A DNA stretch of 13,653 bases from Methanotrichaceae archaeon. GTDB taxonomy: Archaea; Halobacteriota; Methanosarcinia; Methanotrichales; Methanotrichaceae. The position numbers were made by a program, and so were the translations under genes. How positions within the stretch are numbered: the stretch's first letter is position 1; the number at the start of each line of letters is the position of its first letter. The stretch is taken from NCBI GenBank assembly GCA_963813075.1, contig CAWEXU010000002.1:1-13653 (forward strand). Direction: 5' to 3'. Under the pieces are notes generated by a model, which worked only from the letters and a program-made list of their open reading frames with translations, did not search any database and had not been told where the DNA came from. This document shows positions 1 through 8,191 of this stretch, piece by piece.

Positions 1-1
1 A

Positions 2-2059
2 GACGCAGTGGTTCACGTCGGGACTCACGGCCTGGCCGAGTTTACAAAGGGAAAGGAGGTCGGCCTATCCAACGAGTGCTTTCCCGATCTGCTCATAGGC
101 AGCCTTCCCCATCTCTACTTCTACCAAGTGGTGAACACCTCGGAGGTTGTGATCGCTAAACGCAGGCTGTATGGGACGACCATAGGCTACAACTCTCCAC
201 CCTACACGACCTCGGACCTCTACAGGGATTATGCCGAGCTGGAGGATCTGATAGACGAGCACGGCCAGGCCCGGCTGCATGATCCATTGAGGATGAAGAG
301 GGTGGAGGAGAAGATTTTACAGAAGGCCTCCGAGCTTCACCTGAGGTCAGAGGATCTCGATTCTATCCATGCGGAGCTTTACGAGATGAAGCGCAGGATC
401 ATACCAAAAGGCTTGCACATCATCGGACAGAGGTACCAGGCCTCTGAACTGAAGAGCTTCATCGAGTTCATCCTGAGATACGACAGGGAAGGGGATGGAT
501 GCAGGTCCTTGAACCGAATACTGGCTGAGGCACGCGGGCTCGATTACGATGAAGTCTTGAAAGACAAGAGATGCTTTGTGAGCGATCTGGAGGAGATAGA
601 CCGAAAGGCATCGCATCTGGCCGGAATCAGCCTGGATGACTCTGCTGAGGCGGCGGTGCAGGCAAGCGGCCTTGCTCGCGCCCAAGCGGAGCAGCTCAAG
701 AAGACCCTGGACTTTGGGCTGCAGTTCCTGGAGATGTACTCGGCAAACGAAGGCGAGATAGAGAGCTTCCTGCAGGGCCTGAAGATGTCGTTCATCCCGG
801 CAGCATCCGGGGGCGACGTCATCAGAACGCCGCAGATCCTGCCGACAGGGCGCAACCTGACCCAGTTCGATCCAACCCGCCTGCCCACTCAGACGGCTGT
901 GGAGCGCGGCTCTGAGATCGCCGAGAATACGATCTCAGCATACCTGAAGAAGGAAGGGAGGTTTCCGGAGAGCACGGGTGTGATACTCTGGGGCTTCGAG
1001 ACCACCAAGACCGGGGGAGAGACCGTCGGCCAGATCCTCAGCTATCTGGGTGTCCGCCTTGTAAAGGATGCCGGTGCCTGGTCTCCTAGGCTTGATCTCG
1101 TGCCCCTGGAGGAGCTGGGAAGGCCGAGGATCGATGCTCTGGTGAACATCTGCGGCTTCTTCAGGGATATGTTCCCCAACGTAGTCCTCTTGCTGGATCA
1201 GGCCTTCAACCTCGCAGCCGGCCAGGATGACGAGCCCCTGGAGATGAACTTCGTGCGCAAGCATTCGCTGCAAAACCAAGAGAGACTGAACTGCATGGGC
1301 CTGGATGAGAGGACAGTGTGCAAGATGGCAAACGGCCGGATTTTTGGTCCCAAAGCAGGCGAGTACGGGACGAGGATGTTGCCACTGGTGGAGGACTCAG
1401 TCTGGAGGACTGAGGAGGAGCTATCCGAGGTTTTCATCCAGTCGATGGATCACCTCTATGCCGAGAATCTGCATGCCGTAAAAAGCGATGACATTTACCG
1501 CAGCAACCTGGCCAGGATCGATCTGGTCTCCCAGGTGAGGGATTCTCACGACCGGGAGATCATCGACCTTGATCACTACTATGAGTTCTTTGGCGGGCTA
1601 TCCAGAGCAGTTCAAAAGGAGCGGGGAAGGGCTCCTGAGATGCTCATCTCCGACACGACTGGAGAGGCAGTCCAGACCGAGGACGTGCAGGATGTGGTGG
1701 CACGGGGAGCCAGGACAAGGCTTCTCAATCCCAAATGGGCCGATGCGATGCTCGAGCATGACTTTCATGGGGCTCAGCAGGTGGCTGACAGGGTTGAGAA
1801 CATGCTAGGGCTTGCGGCCACAACTCATGCTGTGGAGAACTGGATCTGGTCTGAGATAGCCGGCCTGTACATCTTTGACAGAGAGATGCAAGAGAAGCTA
1901 TCCCGAAACAACTGTTATGCTGCGGCGGAGGTGGCCAAAAGGCTGCTGGAGGCGCAAAGGCGGGGTTACTGGCAGGCGACAGATGAGGAGATGCAGCAGT
2001 TGCGAGAAGCATCGATGGAGATGGAGGGAAGAATCGAGGAGATGACGGATGGGCGATGA
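2..2059 (+). CDS. CobN/magnesium chelatase H (ChlH/BchH-like) family large subunit, 5'-truncated by the window edge
   Basis: The frame is open from base 2 (DAVVHVGTHG...), so the GTG at 8 is internal. Family motifs present: HVGTHG..EF..GKEVGLS..CFPD, SE..IAKRR, LPTGRN, ELGRPRID, GFFRD.FP, RIFG...GEYG, D.DHYYEFFGG, RTRLLNPKW. GTHG/EF/SE..IAKRR look more ChlH/BchH-like than CobN-like (GKHG/EW/GEG.QAKRR). Confidence 0.93.
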   Translation, partial: DAVVHVGTHGLAEFTKGKEVGLSNECFPDLLIGSLPHLYFYQVVNTSEVVIAKRRLYGTTIGYNSPPYTTSDLYRDYAELEDLIDEHGQARLHDPLRMKRVEEKILQKASELHLRSEDLDSIHAELYEMKRRIIPKGLHIIGQRYQASELKSFIEFILRYDREGDGCRSLNRILAEARGLDYDEVLKDKRCFVSDLEEIDRKASHLAGISLDDSAEAAVQASGLARAQAEQLKKTLDFGLQFLEMYSANEGEIESFLQGLKMSFIPAASGGDVIRTPQILPTGRNLTQFDPTRLPTQTAVERGSEIAENTISAYLKKEGRFPESTGVILWGFETTKTGGETVGQILSYLGVRLVKDAGAWSPRLDLVPLEELGRPRIDALVNICGFFRDMFPNVVLLLDQAFNLAAGQDDEPLEMNFVRKHSLQNQERLNCMGLDERTVCKMANGRIFGPKAGEYGTRMLPLVEDSVWRTEEELSEVFIQSMDHLYAENLHAVKSDDIYRSNLARIDLVSQVRDSHDREIIDLDHYYEFFGGLSRAVQKERGRAPEMLISDTTGEAVQTEDVQDVVARGARTRLLNPKWADAMLEHDFHGAQQVADRVENMLGLAATTHAVENWIWSEIAGLYIFDREMQEKLSRNNCYAAAEVAKRLLEAQRRGYWQATDEEMQQLREASMEMEGRIEEMTDGR

Positions 2060-2284
2060 TTGATGAAACGATTCTGTGAAGAACGGGAAAAAAGAGAAAA
2101 ATCAGCAGGCTAAGCAGTTCCTGTCTGCCATGTACTGCAACTCTTGCCGTTCATATCTGCCATCTAAAGGTCAGATGCCTGGATCGGCATAGCCATAAGT
2201 GATGCACTTAGGAGCAACATGGCAATCATGCTGCAACAGCGGATCATGTTTTGTATACCTCCAATGTTTTAAGCAGCCGTATGG

Positions 2285-2300
2285 GCGATAAATTTATATG
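2285..2300 (+). promoter_or_regulatory. Putative archaeal BRE/TATA promoter for the transporter operon
   Basis: GCGATAAA followed by TTTATATG (2293-2300) in the AT-rich spacer about 110 nt before the permease start. An alternative TATA-like run, TTTTTAAA, lies at 2357-2364. Confidence 0.55.
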
Positions 2301-2331
2301 CTTAACGCTCCTTTTTTGCTAATGATTCGCA

Positions 2332-2353
2332 AATCAGTAATACTAATTGCTAA
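2332..2353. promoter_or_regulatory. Candidate operator, copy 1 (AATCAGTA-N8-TGCTAA)
   Basis: AATCAGTA atactaat TGCTAA. Identical arms and spacing recur at 12804-12825. The arms TCAGTA/TGCTAA form an imperfect inverted repeat. Confidence 0.5.
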
Positions 2354-2409
2354 ACATTTTTAAAATGAGGAATATGACAGAACAAGAAATGGTCCGATGG
2401 TGAACTCTC

Positions 2410-3492
2410 ATGGCAGGGTTGACAAAAAGGATGCGAATTGCAGAGCGTATAGGCCTTAATCAGGAATACGGTTTTTCAGAAATTCACAAGATGCTGATCC
2501 TCCTCGCCCTGTTTGCGTTGCTTGTTATCGCCGTGGGCGTGGCCATAACCTTTGGAGCTTACAACATCTCAGTCTCTGATGTCTACAGAATAGTGATGGC
2601 TCACATGATGCCATTCGGGGACATCTCTTCCGTCACCAAGCTGCATAACACCATCGTCTGGGAGCTGAGAATCCCCCGAGTCCTCCTGGCTGTGACCGTG
2701 GGCACTGCCCTGGCCACTGCAGGCGCAGTCTTTCAAGGATGCTTCCGAAATCCATTGGTAGAGCCGTATCTCCTCGGCATCTCCTCGGGAGCAGCCTTTG
2801 GTGCAGCCATGGGCATTGTCTTTTCCGACTTTCTCCTGTCCATCCAGCTCTCTGCCTTTATCTTTGGGTCCCTGGCGGTTGCCATGGCCTACTTCCTGGC
2901 CAGGGTTCGTAAGGAGACGCCCATAGTGACTCTGATCCTGGCCGGTGTGATCATCGGCTCTATCTTCTCTGCAATGGTCTCGATCCTCAAGTACGTAGCC
3001 ACAGATGCAGCCTTGAGGGAGATCGTCTTCTGGCTTATGGGCGGCTTCTACTATGCCACATGGAATGACGTCCATCTGCTCGTGCCCATAATAATCCCCA
3101 GTTTTCTGATCATGTGGGCTTTGGGCTGGAAGCTGAACATTCTATCCATGGGCGACGACGAGGCCAGAGCCCTGGGAGTCAACCCGGAGAAGTATAAGTT
3201 TGTCCTGATCACCCTGGCCACGCTTGTAACCTCCCTGGCAGTATCTACCGTGGGAATAATCGCCTGGGTGGGCCTGATGATGCCTCATGCCACGCGCATG
3301 ATGCTTGGCCCCGATCACCGCTATGTGATTCCGGCATCGGCCATGCTGGGGGGAGCTTATCTCCTGGTCTGTGATACCATGGCACGGACGCTTACGACTG
3401 CTGAGATCCCTGTGGGAATCATCACATCCATCCTTGGAGCGCCATACCTGTTCTATCTTCTCAGGACCAGAGGGAAGGCGATGCTGGGATGA
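2410..3492 (+). CDS. Iron-chelate/cobalamin ABC transporter permease (FecCD/BtuC family)
   Basis: Multiple hydrophobic helices. Motifs LRIPRVLLA, FRNPLVEPYLLGISSGA, GDDEARALG, IAWVGLMMPH, EIPVGIIT..LGAPY. GGTGA ribosome-binding site (RBS) at 2399-2403, 6 nt before the ATG. Confidence 0.95.
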   Translation: MAGLTKRMRIAERIGLNQEYGFSEIHKMLILLALFALLVIAVGVAITFGAYNISVSDVYRIVMAHMMPFGDISSVTKLHNTIVWELRIPRVLLAVTVGTALATAGAVFQGCFRNPLVEPYLLGISSGAAFGAAMGIVFSDFLLSIQLSAFIFGSLAVAMAYFLARVRKETPIVTLILAGVIIGSIFSAMVSILKYVATDAALREIVFWLMGGFYYATWNDVHLLVPIIIPSFLIMWALGWKLNILSMGDDEARALGVNPEKYKFVLITLATLVTSLAVSTVGIIAWVGLMMPHATRMMLGPDHRYVIPASAMLGGAYLLVCDTMARTLTTAEIPVGIITSILGAPYLFYLLRTRGKAMLG

Positions 3493-4304
3493 CGCCAATG
3501 CTCGAGGTCAAAGACCTTCACTTCAACTATGGAACTGCCCCAATACTCAAGGGCGTGTCTTTTGAGGTGAACGAGGGTGGACTTTGCGGCCTATTTGGCC
3601 CCAACGGCTGCGGGAAGACGACGCTCTTTAAGTGCTGCCTGAACTTCCTTAAATCACATCGTGGGTCGATAAGCATGGACGGAAAAGATGTCAAAAACCT
3701 CAGGGTTGAGGACATGGCAAAAATTGTGGCCTATGTGCCCCAGGAGCACAAGCCTCCGTTCCCTTATCTGGCCCGGGAGGTGGTTTTGATGGGCAGAACG
3801 CCACGGCTGAATGGATTCTTCGGTATCATCCGGGAGGATAAGATGAAGGCGGCCGAAGCCCTGGATCTCCTGGGGCTCACAGAGCTGGCTGACTATCCCT
3901 ATAATCAGCTCTCAGGAGGCCAGCGTCAGATGATATTGATGGCGAGGGCCATTGCCCAGGAGACCCCTCTTATGTTCCTGGATGAGCCGACGTCTGCGTT
4001 GGACTTCAGCAACCAGATACGCATCTGGAGGATAATGCGCCTGGTTGCGGAGAGGGGAGTGACTATTCTCGCATGCAGCCATGATCCAAACCACGTTAGC
4101 TGGTTTTGCGATAAGGTGGTGGTGATGAAAGACAATCGCATTCTCAGGGAGGGTTCACCTCACAACGTGATCACCGAGGATACGATGGATGAGATCTACC
4201 AGGACATGTGCTCTGTGAGGAACATCGGCGGCACAAAGATGGTGCTGCCCAGGGATGGGACGCTCAGAGATGGGACTAGGTGTCCTCCATATGGAATGGC
4301 TTGA
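3489..4304 (+). CDS. ABC transporter ATP-binding protein (FecE/BtuD/FhuC-like)
   Basis: Walker A GPNGCGKT, Q-loop YVPQ, signature LSGGQ, Walker B/D-loop MFLDEPTSALD, H-loop SHD. ATGA overlap with the permease stop. Confidence 0.96.
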   Translation: MTPMLEVKDLHFNYGTAPILKGVSFEVNEGGLCGLFGPNGCGKTTLFKCCLNFLKSHRGSISMDGKDVKNLRVEDMAKIVAYVPQEHKPPFPYLAREVVLMGRTPRLNGFFGIIREDKMKAAEALDLLGLTELADYPYNQLSGGQRQMILMARAIAQETPLMFLDEPTSALDFSNQIRIWRIMRLVAERGVTILACSHDPNHVSWFCDKVVVMKDNRILREGSPHNVITEDTMDEIYQDMCSVRNIGGTKMVLPRDGTLRDGTRCPPYGMA

Positions 4305-4378
4305 GTACGCTGAATTCGAAGGCAGGATGATGGAATAATCGCAACAATCGGTTGAATTGGATGTTTAGGAATGATGAG

Positions 4379-5668
4379 ATGATGTCTGGCAAGAAGATGT
4401 TTCTTTGTATCTCTATGGTTCTTTCCTTGATTGGCATTTGTGCGGCGGGTTATGAGCCTTTAGTGTATGGTGATGCCAACCAGGACGGCCAAATAGATGG
4501 GAATGATGTTGACTATGTTGCAGGCATAATTGGCAGCACAAAGGAGCGAACCAATCTGTCTGATGCCAATTACGACGGGAAAGTCGATGAGTCAGATATC
4601 CTCCAGATAGAAAGAATCATTGGAGGTAATCAAACGAATCTAACCCTGCTTGATATGGATGGCAGGTCGGTGACGATTCCACAGCCCGCAAACCGAGTCC
4701 TAGCTATCGGCTTCGGTTTCATCGAAAATACGATGTTCGCCTTAGGAGCAGAGGATAAAATAGTTGGCAGTGGTGGAGCAGTCCGTTCGAATTTGACTGC
4801 TGGCGTATTAAATCCAAAGCTGAATTCACTTCCCAGCGCGGGCTCCGCTGTTGAGGGAATAAACTATGAAACAATAGCGTCAGCGAATCCCGACATTGTG
4901 ATCGTCAGAAGAAATATCTATTTCCCGGAGCAGTGCGACAAAGCCGTGGAAATGATAGAAAAGCTGGACATACCTGTAATAGTATTAAAAGATCCAAATC
5001 ATTTCCATACATCAGATATCTCCACAATCTATCAAGAGATAGGACTTCTCGGACGGATATTCAATAAGGATGAGCCTGCACATAAATTGATAGATGCAAT
5101 GGATAAAAGCGTCTCATCTATTACAGAAAGAACGGAGAATATAGGAGAAAAGGATAAACCAAAGGTGCTGTTTTGCGGTCTGGGAAGCAATAGCTCCAGG
5201 GACAAAGGCGGAATTCTTGTTGTATGGGCAAAGGAATGCGCATCAACATTTGCAGATTTGCTCAATATCAAGAGCGCATATGATGGATCAGGAAGAAATT
5301 ATTTATCCGCAGAACATATATTGAATTTAGATCCTGATGTGATCATTCTTGAAACATCTGGTGGCGGATGGAATACAAGCCAGCTGTATGAAGAAGAATA
5401 TTATAAAAATCTGCAGGAATTGAAGGCCATAAAAGATCAGCGCGTATATTCTATTGGAAGATTAACATACTGTGGGGATATCCAGCTAGAGCTTCCGATA
5501 ATGCTGATGATCGAGGCAAAGGGTGCCTATCCTGAGAACTTTAAAGATATAAATATATCTGAATGGATTGAAAAGTATCTTATGGAAATATATACAGTTG
5601 ATAAAGATACTGCAAAGTCTCTGAAAAATGCACAAGGATTGGCCTGGATTGACAGATCTGGCTTCTAG
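4379..5668 (+). CDS. SBP1: type III ABC substrate-binding protein with N-terminal dockerin-like domain
   Basis: Signal peptide (MMSGKKMFLCISMVLSLIGICAA), two DANxDG repeats, then BtuF/FhuD-type motifs DMDGRSVTIP, NYETIASANPDIVI, EHILNLDPDVII, LKAIKDQRVY. ATG 4379/4382 is preferred over the TTG at 4352 because it places the basic and hydrophobic signal regions at the N-terminus. The exact start is uncertain. Confidence 0.88.
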   Translation: MMSGKKMFLCISMVLSLIGICAAGYEPLVYGDANQDGQIDGNDVDYVAGIIGSTKERTNLSDANYDGKVDESDILQIERIIGGNQTNLTLLDMDGRSVTIPQPANRVLAIGFGFIENTMFALGAEDKIVGSGGAVRSNLTAGVLNPKLNSLPSAGSAVEGINYETIASANPDIVIVRRNIYFPEQCDKAVEMIEKLDIPVIVLKDPNHFHTSDISTIYQEIGLLGRIFNKDEPAHKLIDAMDKSVSSITERTENIGEKDKPKVLFCGLGSNSSRDKGGILVVWAKECASTFADLLNIKSAYDGSGRNYLSAEHILNLDPDVIILETSGGGWNTSQLYEEEYYKNLQELKAIKDQRVYSIGRLTYCGDIQLELPIMLMIEAKGAYPENFKDINISEWIEKYLMEIYTVDKDTAKSLKNAQGLAWIDRSGF

Positions 5669-5672
5669 CTGT

Positions 5673-5735
5673 AGCCATCTTCGGGAGGGAGAAGGACTCG
5701 ATAGCGAGAACCTATTCCCTTCCAGAGTTATGGCT
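5673..5735 (+). other. Long imperfect intergenic stem-loop
   Basis: Nested pairings: AGCCAT(5673-78)/ATGGCT(5730-35), GGGAGGGA(5683-90)/TCCCTTCC(5716-23), AGG/CCT, and CTCG-atag-CGAG. There is no following U-tract. Confidence 0.65.
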
Positions 5736-5784
5736 TGTATGAAATAAAAAATCTCGATAATGAAACATTTGGAGGGAGACGACG

Positions 5785-6975
5785 TTGAACTTAATAAAAT
5801 CGTGGATGATTGTTGCTACATGTTTATGCCTGATTTCAGTAGCATCAAGCTCTTTTGAAAACAGAACTATAACAGATATGCGTGGCAAAGTGATCCAGTT
5901 GCCGGCTCATATTGAGAGAGTAGTCACCATAGATAATGGTCTTGTCGAAGGTGTTATGACAATACTGGGCGAATCCGATAAAATAGTGGGTTTGGGCTCA
6001 AAGTTTGGAGTAAGCTCTCAGACTTTCACCAGTGTCACATCTGGGAACTACTCATACGAGAACGGCATGAATCCCGTAAGATACCTCAATCCCAAGCTTG
6101 CGGATCTGCCTCTGGTCGCGGCTGAATCAACTGGAATCAACTATGAGACACTGGCAGGTCTTAAGCCGGATGTTATAATTATCAGAAGCGGATCTTGTGC
6201 TGCTTCTTGGGGAATAAATGAGGACGATCTGAAGAAGAATCTCGGACCGATCGAGAAGATGGGGATCCCGACTGTAGTCGTCAATGCACCCCCATGCTAT
6301 GACCATCCCAATCTCAGCACTATATCTGAGGAGATCAGAGTCATTGGGCAAGTATTCGGCAAGGAGGAACGAGCGGAGAAGCTCGCCGGCTATCTCGACG
6401 ACTGCGTCAAGACGATAAAGGACAGAACAGCAGGAGTTCAGGAGAAAGACAAGCCCAAGGTGCTGGCGTTGGGACTTGCTCCCCAGTCAAGGAGTGCAGG
6501 CGGAGCAGGCAATGTGCGAGGAGCAATCATCGCTTATTACATTGAGAATATTGCCAATGCCAACAATGCATATACTGCGATGAGATATGTCTCTGATTCA
6601 GTCATCTTAAGCGGTGAGCAGGTCTTTGCGCTGGACCCAGATATTATCATACTGCCGACATCATCAGGCTACCATCCGCCAAGCGAACTGTACAACGCTC
6701 CATACTATCAAAACCTCCAAGAGCTTAGGGCAGTCAAGAACAGATCTGTCTACGCGCTTGCTCTTACAGGCTCTAATTGCGATGCTTCACGATTAGAATA
6801 CCCGATTGATCTGATGATCATTGCCAAGGCCTGCTACCCGAATCGCTTCAATGACATCAAGGTAAATGAATGGGTGCTTGATTTTTACTCGGGACTTTAT
6901 GGTGTGGATAAAGAGACGGCCAAGAAGCTGCGCTCAGCCCAGTGGCTCAATTGGACAGTTGAGGAGAACTTCTAA
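5785..6975 (+). CDS. SBP2: type III ABC substrate-binding protein (Cys/GYHPP paralog group)
   Basis: TTG start 9 nt after GGAGG (5771-5775). Signal peptide present. Motifs TITDMRGK, NYETLAGLKPDVII, FGKEERAEKL, LRAVKNRSVY. Confidence 0.9.
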   Translation: MNLIKSWMIVATCLCLISVASSSFENRTITDMRGKVIQLPAHIERVVTIDNGLVEGVMTILGESDKIVGLGSKFGVSSQTFTSVTSGNYSYENGMNPVRYLNPKLADLPLVAAESTGINYETLAGLKPDVIIIRSGSCAASWGINEDDLKKNLGPIEKMGIPTVVVNAPPCYDHPNLSTISEEIRVIGQVFGKEERAEKLAGYLDDCVKTIKDRTAGVQEKDKPKVLALGLAPQSRSAGGAGNVRGAIIAYYIENIANANNAYTAMRYVSDSVILSGEQVFALDPDIIILPTSSGYHPPSELYNAPYYQNLQELRAVKNRSVYALALTGSNCDASRLEYPIDLMIIAKACYPNRFNDIKVNEWVLDFYSGLYGVDKETAKKLRSAQWLNWTVEENF

Positions 6976-6996
6976 AATGATTTGGGCGGCGAAATC

Positions 6997-8172
6997 ATGT
7001 CTAAATGCCTTAATCTCTGTATCCTTGCCATAGTCGGCATCTTTCTTTTGATTGCCACTTGTTGGGCAGCCGAGGAAACAAGAACCGTTGTAGACGGTCG
7101 CGGCGTGGCTGTGACCATCCCGGCACAGGTCGATCGTGTGGTTACAGTCTCTGCCGGAATCATTGAGGGCACGATGTATGTGTTGGGCGAGGCAGATAAA
7201 ATCGTAGCAGTCGGGTCGGTCTGCTCCCAGAAGGTCTCCAATTACACAATCACGACAGAGAATGGGACCCTCGATGGCGAGGGTGGCATGAATCCGGTGG
7301 CCTACCTCAGTCCTCGGCTGCAAAATCTCCCGGTGCTCGGGAGCGGTACGGATATGAACTTCGAGAAGCTTGCCGGGCTTGATCCTGACTTGGTTATCAT
7401 CCGTGCCTGCGGCTGCAATGTCGCTTCGATGGAAGATGAGAGCACGCAGAAGACGATAAGGACTATCGAAGCCCTCGGAATTCCTGTCGTTGTGCTCCAG
7501 GGTCCCACGTGCTTCGATAAGCCTAATCTCTCAACGATGTCCGATGAAATAAGGATTCTGGGGAGAGTCTTCGGAAAGGAGGAAAGGGCAGAAAAGCTGG
7601 CCGATTACCTCGAATCCCAGACAGAGGTGGTCTTTGAGAGGACGAAAGATATCCCCGACTCAGAGAAGCAGTCCGTTCTGATATTTGGAGCCTCTCCTAA
7701 CTCCAGGAAGGCTGGCGGAGCGGGCATGGTGAGGGGAACCGATACAATTGAGTCTTACTTTATCGAGGAGATCGTCCATGCGAAGAACGCCTTCCGGGAA
7801 ACAGGCAGACCTACTATCTCTGCGGAACAGCTCCTCTCTCTCAATCCTGATGCGATAGTGCTCGATACCGCCAACGGCTATCATCCGCCGGAAGAGCTCT
7901 ACTCAGCTCCCTACTACCAGAATGTCGGCGAGCTCTCGGCTGTTAAGAACCGCCGTGTTTATGCTCTACCCTGGACGTGCTGCAGCACCAAACGTCTCGA
8001 ATATCCTATTGAGGCAATGGTGATCGCCAAGGCAGCTTATCCCGATCGTTTTGACGATATCGATCTTGAGGAGTGGCTTGTTGACTTCTTCAAGAACGTA
8101 TATGATGTTGATAATGAGACGGCGAGAGCGTTAATATCGACTCAGTGGATGGACTGGTGCGTTAAAGAATGA
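6997..8172 (+). CDS. SBP3: type III ABC substrate-binding protein (Cys/GYHPP paralog group)
   Basis: ATG 6997 (MSKCLNLCILAIVGIFLLIATCWAA) is preferred to the TTG at 6982. Motifs TVVDGRGVAVTIP, NFEKLAGLDPDLVI, SAEQLLSLNPD, LSAVKNRRVY. Clear paralog of SBP2 and SBP5. Confidence 0.9.
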   Translation: MSKCLNLCILAIVGIFLLIATCWAAEETRTVVDGRGVAVTIPAQVDRVVTVSAGIIEGTMYVLGEADKIVAVGSVCSQKVSNYTITTENGTLDGEGGMNPVAYLSPRLQNLPVLGSGTDMNFEKLAGLDPDLVIIRACGCNVASMEDESTQKTIRTIEALGIPVVVLQGPTCFDKPNLSTMSDEIRILGRVFGKEERAEKLADYLESQTEVVFERTKDIPDSEKQSVLIFGASPNSRKAGGAGMVRGTDTIESYFIEEIVHAKNAFRETGRPTISAEQLLSLNPDAIVLDTANGYHPPEELYSAPYYQNVGELSAVKNRRVYALPWTCCSTKRLEYPIEAMVIAKAAYPDRFDDIDLEEWLVDFFKNVYDVDNETARALISTQWMDWCVKE

Positions 8173-8191
8173 ATTGAGCTTCGAATGAGGT

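Noticed and set aside
2130..2192. Tiny ORF MYCNSCRSYLPSKGQMPGSA with a CxxC motif
   Set aside because: It is 20 codons long with no RBS and no second Cys pair, which is compatible with chance.
2060..2290. Possible cobalamin riboswitch or sRNA upstream of the permease; short inverted repeats such as TAAGTG-ATG-CACTTA (2196-2210); A-run at 2087-2101 resembling a minus-strand terminator
   Set aside because: No B12-box or conserved riboswitch core is recognisable. The stems are only 4-6 bp, the region lies upstream of the likely TATA box, and no convergent gene is present. An Infernal/Rfam scan would settle it.
4250..4276. 15-nt-period duplication CAGGGATGGGAC/CAGAGATGGGAC (RDGTL-RDGTR) in the ATPase tail
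   Set aside because: Only two imperfect copies in a non-conserved C-terminal tail; a trivial slippage event.
2410..4304. Assigning btuC/btuD/btuF, fecCDE or cobN/bchH gene symbols
   Set aside because: Family membership is clear, but substrate specificity and orthology cannot be established from the sequence alone.
5666..5735. TAG stop followed by a hairpin, suggesting pyrrolysine (PYLIS-like) read-through
   Set aside because: SBP1 ends where its paralogs end. Read-through meets another TAG two codons later, and the frame does not join SBP2 (116-nt gap).
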